Position numbers and translations under genes: made by a program. Below, in pieces: positions 8,428 to 17,550 of a DNA stretch of 64,000 bases (position 1 is its first letter; each line of letters begins with the position of its first letter). The notes under the pieces are model-generated. The model was not told the DNA's origin. It saw only the letters and a program-made list of their open reading frames with translations, and made no database searches. The stretch spans positions 2,944,001 to 3,008,000 of the forward strand of contig OY761158.1 in NCBI GenBank assembly GCA_963664405.1, given 5' to 3'. This DNA is from Thermoanaerobaculia bacterium. Lineage in GTDB: Bacteria > Acidobacteriota > Thermoanaerobaculia > Multivoradales > Multivoraceae.

Positions 8428-9467
8428 GAGTGGGCAATCCTATCGGGGTCGACCCCCAACGCGGCGAAGCGGGAGCGGAAATCCGTTTCCATCTCCGCCT
8501 TGGCTTCCGGGTCGAGAAAAGACTGACGCAGTGCCGCCATCGACAGCGCGGCGAGCTCTGGCGCACCCCAGCCGAAGCAGCGGTTCAGATTCAGGTACTC
8601 CCCGGTCAGCGTGGTGTCGAAGAAGGTAGGGTCGTCCGAGTTGACCGAGATAGGTATACCGGCTTCATGGAGCTTTACGATGGGATGTTCTTCCAGACTC
8701 GGAGCATTGCCCAGGACGACGTTCGAGCTGGGGCAGACTTCGAGGGGGATTCGGTCGGCCGCCAAGGTCTCGATCAAGACTGGGTCTTCGACCGCACCAA
8801 TCCCGTGACCGATACGCTCGGCGAGGCAGTGCTCCAAAGCCGAGCGGATGGAGTCGGGGCCGTCACTCTCGCCGGCGTGGGCGACGCAGTGCAGGCCTTC
8901 TTGTGAGGCCTCCCTGAAATAGCCAGCGAAAGGCTCGTTGGAGTACCCCTTCTCCATCCCGGAGATGCCAAGGGCGATGACACCGCGGCTCTTGCCGTCG
9001 ACTGCCCAGCGCAGAGTCTTGTCGGCGCGGGCTCGCTCCATATTACGCACGATGTCGGGAATGAGCGCCATCCGCACTCCGTAGGCCTTGGCTGCCTCGC
9101 CGGCGGTCTCGCTCAAAGCCGCCAAGACTTCTTCACCGTTGGCGCCGTTTGCCAGATGGGTCGAAATCGTGAAGTGCACTTCGCTGTAGAGGACGTTCTG
9201 CCGCGCTTGCTCCTCGAGGAAGTCCCTGGCGAGCAGCTGGAAATCTTCGGGATCCCTGAGAGTGCTCGAGCACGTGACATAGGTCTCTATAAAGTGACGA
9301 AAGTCGCGAAAACGGAGCCACTGTCGAATGCCGGCTTCGTCTGTTACAGGCAGCGAGACACGATTCTTTTTCGCCAGCTGAAGCAAGGTGGCAGGGCGAA
9401 AGGTGCCCTCGAGATGGATGTGGAGCTCCACCTTGGGCATGTCGAGAAGAAAGGTCCTTATCTGCAT
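8424..9467 (-). CDS. add: adenosine/adenine deaminase
   Basis: PKVELHIHLEG, HAGE, ERIGHG, EVCPSSN, NSDDP; ATG 9467 overlaps the upstream TGA. Confidence 0.9.
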   Translation of the reverse strand: MQIRTFLLDMPKVELHIHLEGTFRPATLLQLAKKNRVSLPVTDEAGIRQWLRFRDFRHFIETYVTCSSTLRDPEDFQLLARDFLEEQARQNVLYSEVHFTISTHLANGANGEEVLAALSETAGEAAKAYGVRMALIPDIVRNMERARADKTLRWAVDGKSRGVIALGISGMEKGYSNEPFAGYFREASQEGLHCVAHAGESDGPDSIRSALEHCLAERIGHGIGAVEDPVLIETLAADRIPLEVCPSSNVVLGNAPSLEEHPIVKLHEAGIPISVNSDDPTFFDTTLTGEYLNLNRCFGWGAPELAALSMAALRQSFLDPEAKAEMETDFRSRFAALGVDPDRIAHS

Positions 9468-10423
9468 CACTGGGCCCAAGGGAGGCGGTCGAGATCGACG
9501 TTGCCTCCTGAGAGGATGATGCCTACTCGTCGGCCCCTGAAGCTCTCTCGGTTTTCCAGCACCGCTGCCAATGGCACGGCCGCCGAGGGCTCGATGAGGA
9601 TCTTCATCCGCTCCCATACCAGGCGCATGGCTCGAACGATGGCTTCGTCGTCGACTCTCACGATGCTCTCGACCCGCTCCTGGAGAATCGGAAAGGTGAG
9701 CTCTCCTAGAGCCGTCAGTAGGCCATCGGCGATCGTTCTCGGCTCCACCGAAGGCAGGATCTTCCCCTCGGCGAGGGAGCGATAGGCGTCGTCCGCGCCG
9801 GCCGGCTCGGCGCCAAGGACCCGCGTGCCCTCGGCTAGCTCGGAGGCCGTGATGGCGGTCCCGGAGAGCAGCCCACCACCCCCCACCGGGGCCACAACGG
9901 TGTCCAGGTCTGGCACTTCGTCGAGAAGCTCGAGAGCGGCCGTGCCCTGGCCCGCGATGACATCGGAGTGGTTATAGGGATGAATGGGAGTGCAGCCACG
10001 CTCGTCGAGAAGCTGCTCCAGGGCCGATTCCCTGGCGTCCAGCGTGGGCTCGCAGAAGGTGATCTCAGCACCGTAGCCAGCTACGGCTCTCCTCTTCACG
10101 GCCGGCGCCGTTTCCGGCATCACGATGAAGGCGCCGGCGCCTCGGGTGCGACCGGCGAGGGCCAGGGCGGCTGCATGGTTCCCCGAGGAGTGAGTGGCAA
10201 CACCGCGTGCCAGCTCGGTCTGCGACAGCTTCGCGACGGCATTCATCGCGCCGCGAAACTTGAAGGCACCCACTCTCTGGAAGTTCTCGCACTTGAAGAA
10301 AAGTGCGGTATCGGCGATCCGGTCCAGGCCCGTACTGGTCAGAACCGGTGTACGGTGCGCGAAGGGAGCGATCCGCTCTGCGGCGGCGCGAACGTCCTCG
10401 AGGCTGGCACAGAGCTGCGGCAT
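9467..10423 (-). CDS. PLP-dependent serine/threonine dehydratase or serine racemase family
   Basis: KCENFQRVGAFKFRGA, HSSGNHA, VGGGGLLSG, EPSAA, LSGGN; no ACT domain. Confidence 0.88.
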   Translation of the reverse strand: MPQLCASLEDVRAAAERIAPFAHRTPVLTSTGLDRIADTALFFKCENFQRVGAFKFRGAMNAVAKLSQTELARGVATHSSGNHAAALALAGRTRGAGAFIVMPETAPAVKRRAVAGYGAEITFCEPTLDARESALEQLLDERGCTPIHPYNHSDVIAGQGTAALELLDEVPDLDTVVAPVGGGGLLSGTAITASELAEGTRVLGAEPAGADDAYRSLAEGKILPSVEPRTIADGLLTALGELTFPILQERVESIVRVDDEAIVRAMRLVWERMKILIEPSAAVPLAAVLENRESFRGRRVGIILSGGNVDLDRLPWAQ

Positions 10424-10432
10424 GAGTGAAGG

Positions 10433-10442
10433 AAGCTATCAT
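10433..10442. promoter_or_regulatory. overlapping divergent -10 elements (TATCAT on +, TGn-TAGCTT on -)
   Basis: 26-bp gap between divergent ATGs (10423 and 10450); hexamers lie 7 and 9 nt upstream of the ATGs. Confidence 0.5.
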
Positions 10443-10449
10443 CGTCGCG

Positions 10450-11676
10450 ATGAGTGCCCGATCTCGCTTGCTCCCCGCCATCGGGCCTTTCTTCGCGGTC
10501 TCGGTGGGACATCTCACCATCGACATCTTCAACAGCATGGGTCCTGTGCTTGTCGCCTTTCTGCGGGAGCCCCTTGCTCTCAGCAGCGCCAGGGTCGGGC
10601 TTGCCGTCGGCAGCTATCAGTTGCTTGCCGGTCTTACGCAGCCTCCCTTCGGGTGGCTTGCCGATCGCGTCGGCAGTCGCTGGCTCGGGCCTCTGAGTGT
10701 GGCTTGGACCGTCGGATTCGTCAGCCTGGCGCTGTCGGTGGCGGTGAGAACCGGGAGTTTCTGGCTCTTTCTGCTGATCTTTTCGGTGGCGGCTCTGGGC
10801 TCGGGGGCCTTCCATCCGCAGGGTACGATGCATGCCGCCCGTGCCACGGCGGGGCGGGCCGCGACCACGACCGCGATCTTCTTCCTCTGCGGCCAGGTGG
10901 GTCTGGCTGGTGGCCCGGCGTTGAGTGGGTTGCTCCTCGATCGGGTAGGGGCGCCGGGCATCTATGCCCTGGCGCTACTCACCCTACCGAGCATTCTCTT
11001 GATGAAGTTCGGGCTTCGAGAGAGTGGGAGTGCGCCGTTGGCGAGCGAGCCGTCCCCCCGAGGGGCGAGGTCCCACAACTCCAGCGGAGTGGTTGTCGCC
11101 GTGCTTTTTGTGATCTTGACCTGCCGAGGCTGGGTGCTCATCGGTACCGCGGCATTCCTTCCAGTGATCTTCGAGAACGCGGGGTGGACCGCCACGAGCT
11201 ACGGCGCTCTGACCGGGTTCTTCTGGCTTGGCGCCGGCATTTCAGGGGTGATGGCGGGCCGCCTCTCCGACGCCATCGGAAGGCGACCGGTGCTCTCGCT
11301 CAGCACCCTTGCCGGCGGCCTGCTTCTGCTCTGGCTGCCGGTGAGCTCCGGCGGAATGGCTTTCGTTGTCGCGCTCGCCACCGGAGCCTTGCTCGGTGCG
11401 GGTCACAGCATCCTGATCGTAATGGCCCAGGCGCTGCTGCCGGTTCGGCAGGGCCTGGCCTCGGGTCTGGCCTTGGGCTACCTGTTCGGGAGTGGGGCGA
11501 TCGCCAGCATGATTATCGGAGTGCTTGCGGACGTCTGGACCTTGCCTCGCGTGATTCAAGGCGGGGCGGCACTCGGAATGCTTGCTGCGGTGCTCACCTT
11601 GTTGCTGCCGGCCAGCGGGCGTTCCCGTCCGCTGCGGACGGCTTCGACTGGACCGCTGCCGACGGAAAGCCTGTAG
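10450..11676 (+). CDS. MFS transporter, Fsr-like
   Basis: QPPFGWLADRVG motif A, GSGAFHPQG, GRLSDAIGRR; about 12 TM segments. Confidence 0.85.
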   Translation: MSARSRLLPAIGPFFAVSVGHLTIDIFNSMGPVLVAFLREPLALSSARVGLAVGSYQLLAGLTQPPFGWLADRVGSRWLGPLSVAWTVGFVSLALSVAVRTGSFWLFLLIFSVAALGSGAFHPQGTMHAARATAGRAATTTAIFFLCGQVGLAGGPALSGLLLDRVGAPGIYALALLTLPSILLMKFGLRESGSAPLASEPSPRGARSHNSSGVVVAVLFVILTCRGWVLIGTAAFLPVIFENAGWTATSYGALTGFFWLGAGISGVMAGRLSDAIGRRPVLSLSTLAGGLLLLWLPVSSGGMAFVVALATGALLGAGHSILIVMAQALLPVRQGLASGLALGYLFGSGAIASMIIGVLADVWTLPRVIQGGAALGMLAAVLTLLLPASGRSRPLRTASTGPLPTESL

Positions 11677-11680
11677 ATGG

Positions 11681-11713
11681 AAAAAAAGGGAGGCCGACTG
11701 AGCGACCTCCCTT
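11681..11713 (-). terminator. intrinsic terminator between convergent genes
   Basis: Minus strand GGGAGGTCG-ctcagt-CGGCCTCCC followed by T7. Confidence 0.8.
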
Positions 11714-11735
11714 CGATGCTGACTTGCAGGGGCGC

Positions 11736-12206
11736 TTAGGTGCTCTTGCGATGCTCCCACGGGGGACTGGGGTTCTGGTAGGCCCATAGTCCCTGGCCGG
11801 CGTCCTTCGCCTTGGCTTGGGACTCCCGATGTGAGGCAGGACCGCCGTCGGTGGCCCAGGCGTGTCCGCTGGCGACCAGGCTAGTGGCCAGATCTTTGCC
11901 GTCGACCGAGACGCGCGCCACAACAGACCTGCCGTTTGTAGTTTCGAGCACCTGCACGGTCACTTTCTTACCTCGAGTGATCTCGCGCACATGGTCACGA
12001 GCGGCAGGGCCGAATTCCTGGGACAGCTCGGGGGCGTCGATACCCGCCAGCTGAACGACGTATTTACCGACGACGATCGTGTCGCCATCGCTGACGCTAC
12101 GGACCTTTGCGGTGAAGGAGTCGCCCGCAATCAATGGCAGCGAGGTGAGGAGGAAGAGAGAGGCGACAACGGCTGCAGTGCGCAACGGAAACGTGTGATG
12201 AGTCAT
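11736..12206 (-). CDS. secreted thermonuclease (SNase) family protein
   Basis: Signal peptide; SDGDTI, LAGIDAPE, GLW...PPWEHRK; ATG 12206 with GGAGG SD. Confidence 0.85.
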   Translation of the reverse strand: MTHHTFPLRTAAVVASLFLLTSLPLIAGDSFTAKVRSVSDGDTIVVGKYVVQLAGIDAPELSQEFGPAARDHVREITRGKKVTVQVLETTNGRSVVARVSVDGKDLATSLVASGHAWATDGGPASHRESQAKAKDAGQGLWAYQNPSPPWEHRKST

Positions 12207-12255
12207 GTAAGGAGACCTCCTTGAGTTCGTGGTGACTTTCACTGTCACCCCTACT

Positions 12256-12280
12256 AACGAGTCAGGAGGACTCAGGTTCC
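12256..12280 (-). promoter_or_regulatory. ECF-sigma-type promoter GGAAC-N16-CGTT
   Basis: GGAACctgagtcctcctgactCGTT, about 50 nt upstream of the thermonuclease ATG. Confidence 0.6.
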
Positions 12281-12296
12281 GTTCGAAGAAGACCTT

Positions 12297-14009
12297 TTAC
12301 AGAACGTTTGCATCTTCGCCGATGAGCTTAGGACGCACGAAAGGGTCGAGCGCCAGGGCCAGGCCGACGCAGAGAGCGCATCCGATGACGTTCCACCACA
12401 AGAAAGCGATGTCCGCGAAGCTGAAGACGGCGATGATCGTTGCCTCAGCGATCAGTGCGGCAATGAAGGTCGCGTTGCTCGAGACTTTCTTGGCGTAAAA
12501 GGCGAGGAGGAAGATCCCGAGGATGGTTCCGTAGAAGATCGAGCCCAGCAGGTTTACCGCTACGATCAAGCTGCCAAGACGACTCGCGGTTTCGCCAAAG
12601 AGTATCGCTGCCAGTCCCCAAAAGACGGTTGCCAGCTTCGAGACCGCCACGTAGTGCGCGTCGCTCGCCTCCTTGCGGAGTATCCGACGATATACGTCGA
12701 TCACGGTCGTCGACGCCAGAGCGTTGAGCTCCGAGGAGGCGGACGACATCGCGGCGAAGAGGATGGCGGCGAAAAGAAGACCAACGAGGCCTACCGGCAG
12801 GTGGTCGATCACGAAAGTGAGGAAGATGTAGTTCCGATCCTGCGGATTCATCTCTGGATCGCGATCGACCATGACTCCGATGGCCTCTTCGCGGATGTCG
12901 ACCATTACCTGATCGGCCTCGATGAGCCTTGCGCGCGCAGCGTCCTTTCCATCCGAATCACCGCTATCGAGGGCGCTGAGGAGGCCTTCGACCTCTTGCC
13001 TGCGGCTCTCGAAGGCCGTTTCGTAGTCGTTCTCGAGAGCTCGTATCTCGGCACCGATCTCGCTCTCGCGCGCGGCCTGGGTATCGACGCGATTGAAGAA
13101 GAGCGGCGGCGCGGAGAACTGGTAGAAGACGAAGACCATGGCGCCGAGGAAGAGAATCGCGAACTGCATCGGGATCTTGACGGCGGCGTTGAATAACAAT
13201 CCACGGCGCATTTGCCCCACCGAGCTTCCCGCCAGATATCTCTGGACCTGGGACTGATCGGTGCCGAAATAGGAGAGGGCGAGAAAAGTGCCACCGAGAA
13301 GGCCCGACCAGAAGTTGAACTCCGTGTTCATGTCGAAGCGGAAGTCCATGACGTTCAGGCGTCCCATGCTGCCGGCGATCCGAGTCGCGTCGAGCAGAGA
13401 GACGTGGTCCGGTAGTTGGTACAGCAAGGTGATGAAGGCGGCGATCATGCCGACGGTTATCACCAGCATCTGGTGGAACTGGGTCCAGCTAACGGCGCGG
13501 CTACCGCCGAGTGTCGTGTAGGTGATCACCGCAACGCCGACCGCAACGATCGTGGAGCTCAGGCTGATTTCGAGAATCGTGGAGATAATCAGGGCCGGGG
13601 CGAAGATCGAGATGCCTGCCGCCAGGCTGCGGCCGGCGAGAAAGAGGAGCGCGGCGAGAGACCGCACCTTCAGATCGAAACGAGTTTCGAGGAACTCATA
13701 GGCCGTATAAACCTGTAGCCGATGGTAGAGCGGGACTACCGTGATGCAGATGATTACCATGGCTATCGGCAGACCCATATAGATCTGCACGTAGCGCATG
13801 CCGTCGACAAAGGCTTGGCCCGGGGCCGACAGGAAAGTCACCGCGCTCGCCTGTGTGGCCATCACTGAGAGGGCGACCGCGTACCAGGGCAGCTCTCGCC
13901 CGGCGAGGAGATAGCCGGCCATGGTCGTGTCGCGGCGCCCTTTCCAGACCCCGTAGAGGACGATGCTGAGCACCGCCAGAACCATGACTACCCAGTCGAG
14001 CGGCCTCAT
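12297..14009 (-). CDS. sodium:solute symporter (SSS family)
   Basis: YLLAGRELPW, ATQASAVTF, YEFLETRF, GTDQSQVQRYL, AAMSS..SELNALAS. Confidence 0.9.
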   Translation of the reverse strand: MRPLDWVVMVLAVLSIVLYGVWKGRRDTTMAGYLLAGRELPWYAVALSVMATQASAVTFLSAPGQAFVDGMRYVQIYMGLPIAMVIICITVVPLYHRLQVYTAYEFLETRFDLKVRSLAALLFLAGRSLAAGISIFAPALIISTILEISLSSTIVAVGVAVITYTTLGGSRAVSWTQFHQMLVITVGMIAAFITLLYQLPDHVSLLDATRIAGSMGRLNVMDFRFDMNTEFNFWSGLLGGTFLALSYFGTDQSQVQRYLAGSSVGQMRRGLLFNAAVKIPMQFAILFLGAMVFVFYQFSAPPLFFNRVDTQAARESEIGAEIRALENDYETAFESRRQEVEGLLSALDSGDSDGKDAARARLIEADQVMVDIREEAIGVMVDRDPEMNPQDRNYIFLTFVIDHLPVGLVGLLFAAILFAAMSSASSELNALASTTVIDVYRRILRKEASDAHYVAVSKLATVFWGLAAILFGETASRLGSLIVAVNLLGSIFYGTILGIFLLAFYAKKVSSNATFIAALIAEATIIAVFSFADIAFLWWNVIGCALCVGLALALDPFVRPKLIGEDANVL

Positions 14010-14152
14010 TCGAAGACCTTGGTGACGATCGTGAAGACGACAATCCAGAAGACGAGCATGCCAAGGACCAAAGCGTAGGCTCGGTTCCAGCTGCCGAGAG
14101 GCACCTTCTCGACGTCTTCAGCTTTCTCCGGAGTCTCGCCCTCTTCTTTCAT
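14006..14152 (-). CDS. 48-aa single-TM protein coupled to the SSS gene
   Basis: MKEEGETPEKAEDVEKVPLGSWNRAYALVLGMLVFWIVVFTIVTKVFE*; ATGA overlap with the symporter start. Confidence 0.75.
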   Translation of the reverse strand: MKEEGETPEKAEDVEKVPLGSWNRAYALVLGMLVFWIVVFTIVTKVFE

Positions 14153-14197
14153 CCTCGTGATGGTCTCACACCGCGAGTCGGTACTCCCGATCAGGTG

Positions 14198-14746
14198 TCA
14201 GCGGCGTGCGATGTGGGCCGGGCGAGCGTTGCTCGACGACTCTCGGTGGGCGGCATAGACACCGTCATTCTGGGGCAGGGGCAGGCCCGCCGACAATAGG
14301 GCCGTGTAGGCGCCGAGGCAGACGACGTTGGCGAGGTTCAGACTGCGCACGCCGGTGCGCACAGGTATGTAGACGCGCCTCCCCGGGTGGCTCTCGAGTA
14401 GCTCGGTCGGGAGCCCCTTGGACTCGCTCCCGAAGCAGAGCAGGTCGTCGCTGTCGAAATCCGTTGTGAAGAGGGAACTGCCGCCCCGCGCAGAAAAGAG
14501 CCGAAGGCGCTGGGCCAGCTGTCCTCCGTGCCCTTTGGACAACGCCTGTGCTGCACTCTCCCAATCGCGGTGCACGACAAGGTCGACGAGGGGCCAATAA
14601 TCGAGCCCCGCCCGTTTGAGGTGGCGGTCGTCCAGAGAAAACCCGAGCGGTTCCACCAGATTCAGGCGCAGACCAGTGGCCGCGGCCAGACGTGCCGCGC
14701 AGCCGGTGTTGTGGGGTATCTCCGGGTGGATTAGGACCAGCTCCAC
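14198..14746 (-). CDS. trmL: tRNA (cytidine/uridine-34 2'-O)-methyltransferase
   Basis: PEIPHNTG, LKRAGLDYW, FGSESKGLP, RSLNLAN (SPOUT motifs). Confidence 0.9.
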   Translation of the reverse strand: MELVLIHPEIPHNTGCAARLAAATGLRLNLVEPLGFSLDDRHLKRAGLDYWPLVDLVVHRDWESAAQALSKGHGGQLAQRLRLFSARGGSSLFTTDFDSDDLLCFGSESKGLPTELLESHPGRRVYIPVRTGVRSLNLANVVCLGAYTALLSAGLPLPQNDGVYAAHRESSSNARPAHIARR

Positions 14747-14770
14747 TGCGGCGCCTTTACTCCAGCGCGG

Positions 14771-14935
14771 CTAGGCCGGACCGGCCTCCAGCTTCGCCAG
14801 ACGCTTCTCGATCTTCATGAGCAGCGACAAGATGAGCACGTGGGTGCGCTTGGCGTCGATTCCGACCGGACTCTCGTCGCTGTGGATCAACGCTTCGATC
14901 TGTTTGTACTCTTCGCTTGGCACATCTATTTCCAT
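14771..14935 (-). CDS. small hypothetical protein (54 aa)
   Basis: ATG 14935 with GAGGA SD; fits the operon orientation. Confidence 0.6.
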   Translation of the reverse strand: MEIDVPSEEYKQIEALIHSDESPVGIDAKRTHVLILSLLMKIEKRLAKLEAGPA

Positions 14936-14995
14936 AGCTGTAGATTCCTCGGTGGTTTGTTGTCGATCATAGCCTCGAGCTCGCAAAAAAGGTTC

Positions 14996-15994
14996 TCAGA
15001 TCACCCGCGCGAGAGAAAGGCCGAAGAGCCTCTCGTCGTCGGTGATCCAATTTACCAGATCCAAACCTGCGCTCTGGAGCAATGCCTCGGCCTTGTTTCT
15101 GTCGTATTTTGCGCTGATCTCGGTGCGGATCTCCTCCTCCGCCGCGAATGTGATCTCGAGGTCGAGGGCACCGAGTCGCACATGCTGGAGCGCGATCGAA
15201 ACCAGGCGCATCTCGATCCACTCCTCTTGGGGGTTCCAAAAGGCTCGGTGGCGGAAGGCATCGATGTCGAAATCGGCGCCGGCGACTCTGTTGACGACGC
15301 GAAGAATGTTGCGATTGAACTCGGCGGTCACACCCTGGGAATCGTTGTAGGCGGCCTCGAGACGATCGACCTCCTTGATCAGATCGGTTCCGAGAAGGAA
15401 GTAGTCGCCTTCGCCCATCTGCTCCCGCACGGCGCGGAGAAAGTCCGGCGCCTCGTCGAACGGGCGGAGATTCCCGATGGTGCCGCCGAGAAATATGAAC
15501 AGGCGGTTCGACCCAGGTGGGAGGCGCGCCAGAGAGTGCAGGAAGTCGCCGCCGATGCCGTGAACTGAGAGTCCGGGTATCTCGGCGCTGAGCTCCTCGG
15601 CCACGCGCTCGAGCATGGTCTCGTCCACGTCGAGGGGGATGTATTGGCTCAGGGTGTTCTGGCGGGCCATGGCTCGAAGCAGGGCTCGAGTCTTTGTCGC
15701 GGCCCCCGAACCGATCTCGACCAGGTCGCGGGCGCCGGCAAGGGCGACGATGTTCTCGGCATGCTGCTCGAGGAGGGCGTGCTCAGTGCGCGTCTGGTAG
15801 TACTCCGGAAGGTCACAGATGCGCTCGAAGAGCTCGGAGCCTCGAGAGTCATAGAAGTGTTTCGAGGACAGCTCACGCGGTTGGCGGAGTAGCCCCCTGC
15901 GCAGCTCGGCGAGCTCGTCTGCTGGATTGGAATGCCGTTGTCGCTCGATGATGACGCGGTCGGGGATCGAGGCGCTACTGTCCAGGCTATTCAT
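14996..15994 (-). CDS. egtD: L-histidine N-alpha-methyltransferase
   Basis: FYDSRGSELFERICDLPEYYQTRTE, EIGSG, FLGGTIGN, AAYNDSQGVTAEFN, IEMRL, TEISAK. Confidence 0.9.
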   Translation of the reverse strand: MNSLDSSASIPDRVIIERQRHSNPADELAELRRGLLRQPRELSSKHFYDSRGSELFERICDLPEYYQTRTEHALLEQHAENIVALAGARDLVEIGSGAATKTRALLRAMARQNTLSQYIPLDVDETMLERVAEELSAEIPGLSVHGIGGDFLHSLARLPPGSNRLFIFLGGTIGNLRPFDEAPDFLRAVREQMGEGDYFLLGTDLIKEVDRLEAAYNDSQGVTAEFNRNILRVVNRVAGADFDIDAFRHRAFWNPQEEWIEMRLVSIALQHVRLGALDLEITFAAEEEIRTEISAKYDRNKAEALLQSAGLDLVNWITDDERLFGLSLARVI

Positions 15995-17550
15995 GCTTCC
16001 AGGCCTCTGGGCTTCAATACTCTCTCCAGGAGTCCCAGTGTGGCGTCGACGCCAAGAGCGAGGAGCGCGGCGGGAATGGCGCCGGAAAGAATTCTTCGCG
16101 TATCGAGTAACTGTACACCGGCGATGATCGGTTCTCCCAATCCACCTGCGCCGATGAAGGCTGCGAGTGTGGCCGTTCCCACGGTGATGACACCGGCGGT
16201 GCGGACACCCGCCATGATGGTGGGGACCGCAAGAGGTAGACGCACCCTCCGGAGCACCTGGGACTCGGTCATGCCGAGAGCGGTCGCAGCCTGCACCGCC
16301 TGGGAATCCGCGTCGCGGACGCCGGAGTAAGTATTGCGGAGAATCGGAAACAACGAGTACAGCCACAGCGCCACGATCGTGGGGAGCACTCCGACCCCAA
16401 GCAGGGGAATGAGAAAGCCGAGAAGGGCTAGTGAGGGGATGGTCTGAGAGATTCCCACGACTCGGATGACGCCTTCGGCCGCACGCCGGCGACTGACGAG
16501 CGCGAGGCCTAGCGGCACGGCAATGAGAACCCCGAGAGCGAGTGCGCCGATCGAGAGCGCCAAGTGCTCGAGTGTGAGCCGAAGAATTGCGCCGATCTCG
16601 ATGCCGCCGCCGAGCCCACCGGGTCCCGGCTCGACCGCGCCGGTCCCCTCCAGGAGACCCAGGGATCGGAGGAGGTCGTGCGCGACCACGATCTCCGACT
16701 CCTTTGCCTCTTGGAGCCGAAGATTGATCTGGCGCATGGTCTCTCCGTCGAGGGCGCCGGCAAGCAGCGCCAGAGTAGTGCCGATCTCCGGATGCTCGGC
16801 CAGGGTCTCACCGTTCACCAGTGGGACAGCCTCGTAGGGGGGGAAGAAGTCTCGATCGTCTTCGAGGACCACGAGGTCGTTGACCAGGAGGCGACCGTCC
16901 GTGGTGTAGACGTCGAGAACATCGATCTGGCCGGCTCCGGCGGCCTGGTACTTGAGCGCCTCCTGCATCCCCTGAACGCTCTTGAAGCGCAGGCCGTAGG
17001 TCTCTTCGAGCCCCGGCAGGCCGTCCGGCCGCTCGAGGAACTCGTAGCCGAAGCTCGCCCTGAGCTCCGGGGCGATGAGGCTCAGCTCCGAGATCGTGCG
17101 TATGCCGCGCTCTTCGGCCAGGCTCCTGGGAATCGCGATCTCGTAGGCGTTCTCGAATCCGAGGGGGCCCAGCCAGTGTTGGTTCCATCGCTCGAGGAAC
17201 TCGCTACGGACGGCTCTGAGAGCCTCTGGGGACGAGGTCAATGGCTCGCGGCGCAGAATTGTCACCAGCCCGGTGCCGGTGTATTCCGGATAGATGTCGA
17301 TGGCGCCGGTACGCAGGGCCTCGAAGCAGAACTCGGTACCCGCCAGACCCAAGCTGCGCTCGACCTCGAGATCGGTTCTGGCCTCGAGAAGCTGGGCGAA
17401 GGTCTCGCCGAGGAAACGGCTTTCGGCGAAGTTCTTCGAACCGACCACGATCGTCTCGGCGCTGAGAGGTACTGCCGCTGCGAAGAGGCAGATCGTGGTG
17501 GCCAGTGCGGCTGCTGTAGCGCGTAGCCTCCGCCGATCTACCTCAACCAT
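15991..17550 (-). CDS. betaine/osmoprotectant-type ABC transporter, substrate-binding domain fused to permease
   Basis: VGSKNFAES, DIYPEYTGTG, YTTDG, FFPPY; QTIPSLALL, EAA-like loop, AAFIGAGGLG. Confidence 0.88.
   Translation of the reverse strand: MVEVDRRRLRATAAALATTICLFAAAVPLSAETIVVGSKNFAESRFLGETFAQLLEARTDLEVERSLGLAGTEFCFEALRTGAIDIYPEYTGTGLVTILRREPLTSSPEALRAVRSEFLERWNQHWLGPLGFENAYEIAIPRSLAEERGIRTISELSLIAPELRASFGYEFLERPDGLPGLEETYGLRFKSVQGMQEALKYQAAGAGQIDVLDVYTTDGRLLVNDLVVLEDDRDFFPPYEAVPLVNGETLAEHPEIGTTLALLAGALDGETMRQINLRLQEAKESEIVVAHDLLRSLGLLEGTGAVEPGPGGLGGGIEIGAILRLTLEHLALSIGALALGVLIAVPLGLALVSRRRAAEGVIRVVGISQTIPSLALLGFLIPLLGVGVLPTIVALWLYSLFPILRNTYSGVRDADSQAVQAATALGMTESQVLRRVRLPLAVPTIMAGVRTAGVITVGTATLAAFIGAGGLGEPIIAGVQLLDTRRILSGAIPAALLALGVDATLGLLERVLKPRGLEA

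Noticed and set aside
10194-11789. 531-aa ORF and many other long overlapping ORFs (e.g. 23149-24423, 25536-26768, 38736-40073)
   Set aside because: Arg/Pro/Gly-rich shadow frames of real genes, expected at high GC
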